Below are positions 9,839 through 17,520 of a stretch of 64,000 bases of DNA, in pieces. The stretch's first letter is position 1, and every line of letters starts with the position of its first letter. The DNA comes from Gemmatimonadales bacterium (GTDB lineage: Bacteria; Gemmatimonadota; Gemmatimonadetes; Gemmatimonadales; GWC2-71-9): the NCBI GenBank assembly GCA_038321865.1, contig JBBQFH010000016.1, forward strand, positions 1-64,000, read 5' to 3'. The notes beneath the pieces are model-generated. The model had not been told where the DNA came from, searched no databases, and saw only the letters and a program-made list of their open reading frames with translations. The translations under genes and the position numbers were made by a program.

Positions 9839-10354
9839 ATGGCCCAGCGAGACGACATGGAGTCGGGTTGGCAGAGCGGCGGCTGGATGGAAGACAACCC
9901 GATGACCAACGAGCCGATCCCGGCGCCGGCCCCGCTGCCGACGTCGAGCTTTGACGCAGCGGGCTGGCTGAACGACTCGGAGATGGGAGAGTCGGCCAGC
10001 AGCCGATCGGGCGATATGATGAGCCGGGCCATGTCACGCGGCGGCACCTCGGGCAGCGGCGGCACATGGAAGGCCGCGAAACCAAAGCCGAAGAAATCCG
10101 TCAGCAAGGCGGGCGCCAAGAGGACGGCGAAGAAGGCGGCCAAGAAGGCGGCGAAGAAGACGGCCAAGAAAGCAGCCAAGAAGGCGCCGAAGAAGGCGGC
10201 CCGGAAGGCGCCGAAGAAGGCGGCCCGGAAGGCCCCGAAGAAGGCCGCGAAGAAACGCGCCGGCAAGCCGGCCGGGAAGAAGCGCGTGAAGAAAGCGGGC
10301 CGGAAGCCGGTGCGGAAGCCGGCGAAAAAGGCGGCGCGCGGCCGCAGGCGCTAG
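9839..10354 (+). CDS. Histone H1-like Lys/Ala-rich protein
   Basis: ATG at 9839 with GAAGGAG RBS; acidic Met/Trp-rich N-half, then AKKAAKKAAKKTAKK / KKAARKAP repeats. Confidence 0.8.
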   Translation: MAQRDDMESGWQSGGWMEDNPMTNEPIPAPAPLPTSSFDAAGWLNDSEMGESASSRSGDMMSRAMSRGGTSGSGGTWKAAKPKPKKSVSKAGAKRTAKKAAKKAAKKTAKKAAKKAPKKAARKAPKKAARKAPKKAAKKRAGKPAGKKRVKKAGRKPVRKPAKKAARGRRR

Positions 10355-10377
10355 GAGCGGCAGACAGCGCAACGTTG

Positions 10378-10410
10378 CGGCCCTCGAGCGGTTCGTCCGT
10401 TCGGGGGCCG
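10378..10410 (+). terminator. Stem-loop after histone-like gene
   Basis: CGGCCCTCGAGCGG-TTCGT-CCGTTCGGGGGCCG: 14-bp stem with two G-U pairs; weak U tail. Confidence 0.5.
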
Positions 10411-10521
10411 TTCATCACCTTGCATGGACCGCCTCGGCCCGGCACCTTCCACGCTTCCGAAACCGAATACGCTGCGCCCGTACACCGGCCCATCCACCTC
10501 TCCTGCTGGGGCGTCGCCGCG

Positions 10522-11895
10522 ATGGCTCGAAGATCCAGCACGACCCTGTTCCACGCCGTCGGGCTCGTCACGGTCATGGTCGCGGCGGAGGCCTGCAAGA
10601 CCCGGGCACCCGACGGCGTGGCCCTGATCGGCGCCACGCTGATCGACGGCTCAGGCGGGAGCCCGCTCGTCAATGCGGTGATCGTGGTGCGGGGTGCGCA
10701 CATCGAGAGCATCGCCCCGCGCGACGGCTTCAAGATCCCCAAGCACACCCGGGAAGTGGATGTCACCGGCCGCTGGATCATTCCCGGGCTGATCGATGCG
10801 CACGCGCATGTCGCGCCATGGGCGCTGCCGCGCTACCTGGCGTGGGGCGTGACGTCGGTGCGGGACTTGCACGGGCCACTCGACACGATTCTCCGCCTCC
10901 GCAAGCGCCTGATGATGGACAGTATCCCGGGCCCGCGCCTTTTCAGCGCGGGCGCGATGATCGACGGCGTGCCAACGACGTATCCGGATGCGCTGCCCGC
11001 GGCTAACCCGGGCGCGGCACGGAAGGCGGTGGACCGGCTCGCCGTCGCCGGCGTGGACTATCTGAAGGTGTACACACGGGTGGACCCGCCGATGCTGCGC
11101 GCGATCGTGGACGAGGCGAGGAACTTCAGCCTCCGCGTGGCGGCCCACCTGGGGCTCACCGATGCGGTGACGGCGGCGGAGATCGGCGTGAGCTCGATCG
11201 AGCACCTGAGCGGCGTACCCGAGGCAGCGTCTGCGAGCGCCGAGCCGTTCTATGCGGCGCACGCCCGCGGATTCTTCGCCGGCTGGACCTATTTCGAGCG
11301 CAGCTGGGCCTCGCTCGATTCAGCCGCGCTGGGCCGCGTGGCGAAGGCACTGGCGCAGAAACGGGTGACGCTCATCCCGACGCTCGTCCTGCACGAGACC
11401 TTCAGCCGCCTCAACGACTCGACACGCTATCACGATCCCGCCCTTCGGGCGGTGCCCGATTCCGAGATCGCGCGCTGGAACGTGGCGGACATGATCCGCC
11501 GCGCCAACTGGACCACCGCCGACTTCGAGGCGTTCCAGCGATCCCGGGAAATGCAGGACCTGTTCGTCCGCGAGTTCCGGGCGGCCGGTGGCCTGATTGC
11601 CGCCGGCACCGACGCGGCCAATCAGATGCTGGTTCCCGGATACAGCGAGCACGAGGAGCTCCGCCTGCTGGTGCACGCCGGTCTCACGCCCACCGCGGCG
11701 CTCCTCGCCGCCACGCGGGATGCCGCCCGCCTGATCGGGGCCGACTCACTCGGCTCGCTGGCGCCGGGCCGGGCGGCGGACCTGGTGATCCTCACGGCCG
11801 ATCCGCTGGTCGACATCAGCAATACCCGGCTGATCGATCAGGTCATGATCCGCGGCGTCCTGATGCGGGCCGACTCCATCCGGCGCGCCTGGTAG
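10522..11895 (+). CDS. Amidohydrolase family protein
   Basis: PGLIDAHAH metal motif, AGTDA, GSLAPGRAADLVIL; probable start MARRSS with signal/lipoprotein-like N-terminus. Confidence 0.85.
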   Translation: MARRSSTTLFHAVGLVTVMVAAEACKTRAPDGVALIGATLIDGSGGSPLVNAVIVVRGAHIESIAPRDGFKIPKHTREVDVTGRWIIPGLIDAHAHVAPWALPRYLAWGVTSVRDLHGPLDTILRLRKRLMMDSIPGPRLFSAGAMIDGVPTTYPDALPAANPGAARKAVDRLAVAGVDYLKVYTRVDPPMLRAIVDEARNFSLRVAAHLGLTDAVTAAEIGVSSIEHLSGVPEAASASAEPFYAAHARGFFAGWTYFERSWASLDSAALGRVAKALAQKRVTLIPTLVLHETFSRLNDSTRYHDPALRAVPDSEIARWNVADMIRRANWTTADFEAFQRSREMQDLFVREFRAAGGLIAAGTDAANQMLVPGYSEHEELRLLVHAGLTPTAALLAATRDAARLIGADSLGSLAPGRAADLVILTADPLVDISNTRLIDQVMIRGVLMRADSIRRAW

Positions 11896-11897
11896 CT

Positions 11898-12260
11898 GTG
11901 GCGTTGCGCGAGATCGGCATTTCGTGGCTGCTGGTCGCGGGATGGTTTCTGATCTGGGAGGTCGCCGCGGCGCGGCTCGAACGGCGCGGGAACGCCGGCG
12001 GCTGGTTCCGCACGCCGGTCCAGATCTACCTGGCCGAAGCGCTGCTGCTGACGCTGTTCGGTGCGCTGTGGTTCGGGAGCCTGGGGACGGGTGGGTGGCC
12101 GATCATGTTCGGGCTGCTCGGGCTGCTGATGGAGTGGCCGGGGCCGCTGCGCAGCGGTCATCGTACCCCCATTCCGCCCGGCCGCCGGGCCCGGGTGACC
12201 GGTGCCGGCATTCTCCGCGTGATCGCCGCCGGCACGATCATGTGGTGGCGGATGCGGTAG
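11898..12260 (+). CDS. Small hypothetical membrane protein
   Basis: Hydrophobic 120-aa ORF starting 2 nt after the amidohydrolase stop. Confidence 0.6.
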   Translation: MALREIGISWLLVAGWFLIWEVAAARLERRGNAGGWFRTPVQIYLAEALLLTLFGALWFGSLGTGGWPIMFGLLGLLMEWPGPLRSGHRTPIPPGRRARVTGAGILRVIAAGTIMWWRMR

Positions 12261-14415
12261 TCGCTCCTCCATCCACCAGCTGCGCCGTCAGCCGATTGAC
12301 CTCCGCCGTCTCCTCTTCGTTCCGGGCATAACTCGCGGCCTGATCCAGCCAGCTGAGGGCCTCCTCGTGGATGGCCAGCTCGGTCGCCGCACGGCTCGCC
12401 GCCAGCGCCGACTGGAAGGCCAGCCCGCGCTCGCCGCCCAGCTCCGCATGGCGGGCGATGACGCGCGCCATGCGGCCGGCGGCCGAGACGGGGGTGAGTG
12501 CCTGAAAGGTGAGCGCGAGCGCGCGGTGCACCTCACGCCTGCGGGACGGTGAGAGTCCGTCCCTGACGACGCGCGCGATCACCGGATGGGCACACCGGTA
12601 CGCATCTTCGTCCTCGACCAGCAGGCGCCGCTCCACCAGCGCGTCTCCCAGCGAGGCCGCGTGCAGGCGCGAGATGCCATGCACATGGGACAACAGCTCC
12701 GTGTCGCACCCGGCGTCGGCCACGGCCACCGTGACGAGCACGGCGTGCGCATCCTCGGGCAGCCGCTCCACCCGCTCGGCGATGGCATCCTGGACCGAGC
12801 GGGGCATCGGCACGTCGAGTGCGCCGTTCGGCAGGTTACCACCCGGCAGCACCCACGCGTGCGTGCCCTCGCCCTCCCGCAGCACGTTCTGCGCGAACAG
12901 CGTTTTCAGCAGCTCCTGCAGATAGAACGGATTGCCCGCCGTCACTTCATGCAGCCGGCCGGAGAACAGGCGTGTCTCGGGAGTGTCCTCCAGGTGTCCG
13001 AGCGCGCTGACGAGCGACCACACGCCGGCGTCGCTGAGCGGCATGAGCGTCGCCGATGCCGCGTGCGGCTTGGTGCGCCAGACGCGGCAGAGCCGGGCGG
13101 TCGGGGCGTCGCGCTCCAGCTGGCCCAGCGTGAGCATGCCAAGCCACAGAATGGGCGCGCGCTCCAGCCGGCGGGCCAGATACAGCAGGAGATTGCACGA
13201 CTCTTCGTCGCACCACTGCAGATCGTCGATGGCGACGACCACCGGCCGCTCCGCCGACAGCGCGGTGAGCATCTGGGCGATGCCTTCGGACAGCCGGTTC
13301 CCCTGCATCGGATCGCCACTCGCCGCTGCCGGCGGCAACCCCGGAAACCGTTCCCGGATTTCCGGCAGCAGCCGGGCGACCTCGGAAAGCCAGTCGGCCG
13401 CCGTGCCGCCGATCCCCGGCTGGTCGAGCGAATCCCGCACGATCTCGACGAGTGCGCCGTAGGGCACACCGGCCCGGCTGCCATACCCGCGGCCCCGCAG
13501 CACCGTGCCTCCCTCGGCCACGGCCCAGCGCAAAAACTCTTCGGCCAGCCGGCTCTTCCCGACGCCGGCCTCGCCCTCGAGAAGCATGATGCCCCCCGCG
13601 CCCGGGCCGAGCGCGCGCCAGGCCGCGACCAGCGCGCGCCACTCGGGGTCCCGCTCGACCAGCGCGGCCTGCAAGGCCGGGACGTCGGCGGACCATCCCG
13701 CCGGGCTCGGCGACGGGGAGCCGGAAGACGCCGCGTCCGACTCCACCCGGCGAATCAGCGCGACGAGATCGCGGCCAGGCGCGTCGCCGGTCTCGCGTTC
13801 CAGCTGCTGGCGATACTGGGCGTATCGGGCGAGTGCGGCACGCCGGTCACCGGCGAGATAGCTGGCCTCGACCGCCAGCCGGATGGCCGGCTCGGCCAGC
13901 GGGTCGGCGGCGAGCCACTGGTCGGCGACCTGGAGTGCCTCGCCCCAGGCGTGACGCCCGATCGCCTCGCGCCCAAGCGTGGCGAGGACTTCCTGATACT
14001 CACGCATCAGGTGGACGCGAGTCTGTTCCGCCCACTCCTCAAACGCCGGGGCATGGCGGACGGAAAGCGATGTGAGGGCGTGCGGCACGTCAAAGCTCGC
14101 GGCCGCGGCACAGTCGGCCCGCGCGGCATGCCGGAAGGCCATGACGTCGCAGGAGATAGCGGGATCCACGCTGGCGCTCCCGCGCTCGACCGTGAGCAGC
14201 GGCCCGATCGCGTCCCGCAGGTGCTTGAGGGCCTGGCGGAGGGAGGCCCTCGCGTCGGCGTCCGGCGATTCACCCCACAGCAGCGCGGCGAGTTCTTCCC
14301 GGCTGTGCGGCCCGGGCTCCAGCGCCAGATACGCCAGCAGGGAGAGCTCCTTGGCGCCGAGATGCACTGGCGCCCCGCCGTCTTCATGAATGGAGAGGCG
14401 GGGGGGGCCGAGCAA
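12238..14415 (-). CDS. SARP/AfsR-type transcriptional regulator (wHTH-BTAD-AAA ATPase)
   Basis: LLAYLAL..GPHSREELAALLW...ARASLRQAL (wHTH), DPLAE..YRQQLERETGDAP (BTAD), Walker A GEAGVGKS, Walker B VVAIDDLQW, GNPFY. Start codon uncertain. Confidence 0.88.
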   Translation of the reverse strand: MLGPPRLSIHEDGGAPVHLGAKELSLLAYLALEPGPHSREELAALLWGESPDADARASLRQALKHLRDAIGPLLTVERGSASVDPAISCDVMAFRHAARADCAAAASFDVPHALTSLSVRHAPAFEEWAEQTRVHLMREYQEVLATLGREAIGRHAWGEALQVADQWLAADPLAEPAIRLAVEASYLAGDRRAALARYAQYRQQLERETGDAPGRDLVALIRRVESDAASSGSPSPSPAGWSADVPALQAALVERDPEWRALVAAWRALGPGAGGIMLLEGEAGVGKSRLAEEFLRWAVAEGGTVLRGRGYGSRAGVPYGALVEIVRDSLDQPGIGGTAADWLSEVARLLPEIRERFPGLPPAAASGDPMQGNRLSEGIAQMLTALSAERPVVVAIDDLQWCDEESCNLLLYLARRLERAPILWLGMLTLGQLERDAPTARLCRVWRTKPHAASATLMPLSDAGVWSLVSALGHLEDTPETRLFSGRLHEVTAGNPFYLQELLKTLFAQNVLREGEGTHAWVLPGGNLPNGALDVPMPRSVQDAIAERVERLPEDAHAVLVTVAVADAGCDTELLSHVHGISRLHAASLGDALVERRLLVEDEDAYRCAHPVIARVVRDGLSPSRRREVHRALALTFQALTPVSAAGRMARVIARHAELGGERGLAFQSALAASRAATELAIHEEALSWLDQAASYARNEEETAEVNRLTAQLVDGGATTASATT

Positions 14416-14505
14416 CCGGAGGGCGAATGGGCTCGTGGGACCTCCACTGGACGTTCGTCGTGAATCGCCAAGTTATCCCCTCTGCCGGAGACCGCAATAC
14501 GCGAA

Positions 14506-14623
14506 TTCACGATTTTTTCACGATAGCCGGGTCGAGGACCCCGTCGCCATTCACGGTGCGGCCGGGAAACCCGGGCCGGCGACGCGGGCTTTTCACGATG
14601 AATTCACGCCGGCGCCCTAGACT
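14506..14623 (+). promoter_or_regulatory. SARP-type direct repeats (TTCACG, 11-bp phase) plus -10 box for the peptide genes
   Basis: TTCACG at 14506, 14517, 14550, 14592 and 14603; last heptamer ends at 14609, 8 nt before TAGACT (14618-14623). Confidence 0.65.
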
Positions 14624-14684
14624 CGTGTCCAGTTGCTGCACCCAATCACAACGCCGGTCGCCGGCACTACTCACGGAGCACCAA

Positions 14685-14828
14685 ATGTCCGAGCAGAACA
14701 ACGTCAAGATCGAGCTCACCCCGGAACAGCAGGCGGAGCTGAAGCAGACGACCGGCAAGGAAGTCGAGTCGCTTGATCTGAGCGTCGAAGAGCTCGAGCA
14801 GCGCATCGCCCCGCGGACGATGTTCTAG
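14685..14828 (+). CDS. Putative precursor peptide 1 (47 aa, leader ending EELEQRIAP, tail RTMF)
   Basis: MSEQNNVKIELTPEQQAELKQTTGKEVESLDLSVEELEQRIAPRTMF; GGAG RBS; paralog directly downstream. Confidence 0.85.
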   Translation: MSEQNNVKIELTPEQQAELKQTTGKEVESLDLSVEELEQRIAPRTMF

Positions 14829-15009
14829 GAGGCAGGTTCGCGCACCACCGTACTTACCCTGTACCGGGAGATTCATCATGGCCGAAGACAAGAAGCACCT
14901 GCGCATCACGCTGACCCCCGATCAGAAGGCCCAGGTCCAGAACGCGACGGGCAAGAGCGCGGAAGCCATTGAGCTGAGCGTCGAAGAGCTCGAGCAGCGC
15001 ATCGCCCCG
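14778..15009 (+). repeat. Identical 36-nt direct repeat encoding LSVEELEQRIAP (14778-14813 and 14974-15009)
   Basis: CTGAGCGTCGAAGAGCTCGAGCAGCGCATCGCCCCG occurs in both peptide genes. Confidence 0.95.
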
Positions 15010-15036
15010 GGACTGGCGATTCCGGGCGGCGCCTGA
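14878..15036 (+). CDS. Putative precursor peptide 2 (52 aa, leader ending EELEQRIAP, tail GLAIPGGA)
   Basis: Translated by hand: MAEDKKHLRITLTPDQKAQVQNATGKSAEAIELSVEELEQRIAPGLAIPGGA; GGGAG RBS; absent from the ORF track. Confidence 0.85.
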   Translation: MAEDKKHLRITLTPDQKAQVQNATGKSAEAIELSVEELEQRIAPGLAIPGGA

Positions 15037-15059
15037 ACCAGGTCGTACCACGGCATCAA

Positions 15060-15090
15060 GCGGGCACCGGGTCTTCCGGTGCCCGCGTTT
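15060..15090 (+). terminator. Strong hairpin after the peptide genes
   Basis: GCGGGCACCGG-GTCTT-CCGGTGCCCGC perfect 11-bp stem, then GTTT. Confidence 0.65.
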
Positions 15091-15112
15091 CATCTGTACA
15101 CTATCCGCACAC

Positions 15113-16540
15113 GTGACTGCCGCCTCGATTGCCTCGGCCGGGTCTGACGGCACTCATGCCGCCGACCTCACCATCCTGCTGGAGATCAGCCGCGAGATCA
15201 CCGCGAGCCTCGATCTCGACCGCGTGCTGCGCTCGGTCGTCAATCTTTCCGCCCGGGCCCTTACCTTCGATCGTGCCGCCGTTGCGCTCTACGACAAGGG
15301 CGTCTGCGACATCCGGGCGATGGCCGGCCAGGACACCGTCAACCCCAAGGATCCGAAAGTCCTCGACCTGGCCGCCCGCGCCGCCTGGGTGGCCGGGCAC
15401 GGCGAGTCCTTCTACATGGTGGACCGGGTCGACCCGGCGTCCGACGCCGAACGCCAGCTGGTCCAGATTTTCGGGGAGGACCTCGAGTCCGACAACGTGC
15501 GGAGCGGCCTCTACCTGCCGCTGAAGGACGAAGAGGGCACCGTCGGCATCCTGCTCTTCGAGTCGAGCGAGCCCGAATTCGCCACCGTGCGCCAGCGCGA
15601 GATCGCGGCGATTCTCGCCAACCAGACCGCGGTGGCGCTCCGGAACGCGCAGCTCTACGCCCAGGTCCCCCTGATCGACACGCTCGGCGCGCTGGCCGCG
15701 AGGAAGCGCGCCTTCATGGAGCTGCCCAAGCGCACGCGGCAGGCCTACGGCCTCATCGCGCTGGCGGCGCTCGCGGCCCTGACCCTGATTCGCTGGCCAC
15801 TCCGCGTCAGCGGCAGCGCGCCCGCTTTCCGTCCGGCGGGACTGACCCAGGTGCGCGCCCTGGTGCCCGGGGTGATCGAGCGGGTACTGGTGCGCGAAGG
15901 CAGCGGCGTGGCGCGTGGCACGCCGCTGCTGCAGCTGCGTGACGTGGACACTCGCAGTGCACGGCTGGCCACGCTGGCCGCGGCGGCAGCGAGCGACCGC
16001 GCCGCCGCGCTGGCTGCCAGCAGGGGTGACGCGGCGGAGGAGCGGAGTCAGCGGGTCCGGGGCGAGACGCTCCGCCAGGAGACAACGCTGCTCGATGAGC
16101 AGCTCGCCGCCGCGACGGTCCGCGCACCGTCGAGCGGCATCGTGCTCACCGCGCGTCCGGAAGAGCGAACCGGCGCGTACCTGGACGCGGGCGATCTGGC
16201 GCTGACCAACGGCCGCACCGACAGTCTCGAGCTGGAGTTCGGCATCGACCAGCGCGAGATCGGCCGCATCGCCACCGGCGACGAGGTGCGAGTCCGGGTC
16301 GACGCGCTGCCGCAGCACACATTCACCGGCCTGGTCACCACCCTCGGCCCGCTGCCGTCGGACTCGTCGGATCATGTCAGCTTCCCGGTCCGGGCGATGG
16401 TCGCCAATCCCGATGGCCTGTTGCGCCCCGGCATGGCGGCATACGCCCGCGTGCTCACGGCGCCCGCCTCGGTGGCGACTCGGCTGGTCCGTGCACCCGC
16501 GAGATGGGCTCGCCTGTTCTGGTGGAGGTTGTGGTCATGA
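15113..16540 (+). CDS. GAF domain + TM + HlyD-type membrane fusion protein
   Basis: LLEISREITASLDLDRVL...LANQTAVALRNAQLY (GAF); one TM; VRALVPGVIERVLVREG, VRAPSSGIV, LLRPGM (MFP). Confidence 0.85.
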   Translation: MTAASIASAGSDGTHAADLTILLEISREITASLDLDRVLRSVVNLSARALTFDRAAVALYDKGVCDIRAMAGQDTVNPKDPKVLDLAARAAWVAGHGESFYMVDRVDPASDAERQLVQIFGEDLESDNVRSGLYLPLKDEEGTVGILLFESSEPEFATVRQREIAAILANQTAVALRNAQLYAQVPLIDTLGALAARKRAFMELPKRTRQAYGLIALAALAALTLIRWPLRVSGSAPAFRPAGLTQVRALVPGVIERVLVREGSGVARGTPLLQLRDVDTRSARLATLAAAAASDRAAALAASRGDAAEERSQRVRGETLRQETTLLDEQLAAATVRAPSSGIVLTARPEERTGAYLDAGDLALTNGRTDSLELEFGIDQREIGRIATGDEVRVRVDALPQHTFTGLVTTLGPLPSDSSDHVSFPVRAMVANPDGLLRPGMAAYARVLTAPASVATRLVRAPARWARLFWWRLWS

Positions 16541-17520
16541 CCGTGCGCTCCATGCTCGCCGCCCTGGCTGGGCTGGCACCCGTGATCGCCGGCTGCGGCG
16601 ATCCCCCCCGCCCCGCCACCGCAACGCTCGCGACGCAACGCCCGGCCGCCGGCGCGGTGGCGACGGTCGACAGCGAACAGGTCGACATGCCGATCTCGCT
16701 GCCCGGACAGCTCTACGTGGAGCACGACGCCGTGGTGATCGCCCGCGCGGCGGGGCTGGTGGAAACCGTCTCGGCCGACCTCGGCTCCCGCGTGACCGCG
16801 GGTCAGCTGCTGGCGCGGCTCGAGAGTACCGATCAAACCATCGCGCTGGCGCGGGCGACCGAGGATGCCGACAACGCCCGGCGCATCGCGGTGCGGCAGC
16901 GAGCCCTCGCGCGTGCCGGCGGCGCCACCGCTGCGGAGGTGGAGAGCGCCGAGTCGGACCTCCGCCGCGCCGACATCCAGCTGCGCCAGGCCCAGCGCAA
17001 TGAGACCCTCACCCGGGTCGTGGCGCCGTTCGCCGGTGTCGTGACCGCCCGCATGGCGCGGGCTCGGCGCCTCGTCGGTATCGGCGACTCGCTGTTTCGC
17101 GTCACGGCCGCCGCGCCGCTGCTCGTCTCGGTGCGGGTGCCCGAGGCGGCGGCGGAGGGGATCCGGGCCGGTGCCCGGGCCCAGGTGACCGGTCTTCGCG
17201 GGAGCGCCGCGAGCGCCCGCGTCGCGCGGGTCGCGCCGGCGATCGACGCCGGCAGCGGCACCCAGGAGGTGGTGGTCGAGCTCGATCCGTCCGCGCGGAT
17301 GATGCCCGGCTCGAGCGTCACCGTACGGCTTGGCGCCGAGCGCCGCTGGGTGGTCGCGATGCCGCGCGCCGCCATGGCGCAGGACGGGTACGTGCTGGTA
17401 CGGGCCAACGACCGCACAACGCTCCGCGCGGTGACGCTGGGGGCCGATCTCTCCGACGGGCGGGTGGAGGTGGTCAGCGGGCTCTCGCCGGGCGAGACGG
17501 TCGTGCGCTCCAGCCGATGA
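16537..17520 (+). CDS. RND/HlyD-type periplasmic adaptor lipoprotein
   Basis: ATGA overlap; lipobox IAGC; VVAPFAGVV lipoyl half; VEVVSGLSPGETVV end. Confidence 0.85.
   Translation: MTVRSMLAALAGLAPVIAGCGDPPRPATATLATQRPAAGAVATVDSEQVDMPISLPGQLYVEHDAVVIARAAGLVETVSADLGSRVTAGQLLARLESTDQTIALARATEDADNARRIAVRQRALARAGGATAAEVESAESDLRRADIQLRQAQRNETLTRVVAPFAGVVTARMARARRLVGIGDSLFRVTAAAPLLVSVRVPEAAAEGIRAGARAQVTGLRGSAASARVARVAPAIDAGSGTQEVVVELDPSARMMPGSSVTVRLGAERRWVVAMPRAAMAQDGYVLVRANDRTTLRAVTLGADLSDGRVEVVSGLSPGETVVRSSR

Noticed and set aside
10110..10340. AAGAAGGCGGCC-type tandem repeats as a DNA repeat element
   Set aside because: Fully explained by Lys/Ala codons of the histone-like protein.
14778..15009. 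36-nt direct repeat as a mini CRISPR array
   Set aside because: Only two copies, 160 nt between them, both in frame in paralogous coding sequences; no cas genes.
15034..15147. Selenocysteine read-through of peptide 2 (TGA followed by a hairpin with a GT-starting loop, selD nearby)
   Set aside because: The read-through would overlap the next gene and looks non-coding. Peptide 1 ends at TAG at a similar position, and the hairpin is adequately explained as a terminator/stabiliser. A homolog with Cys at this position would reopen the question.
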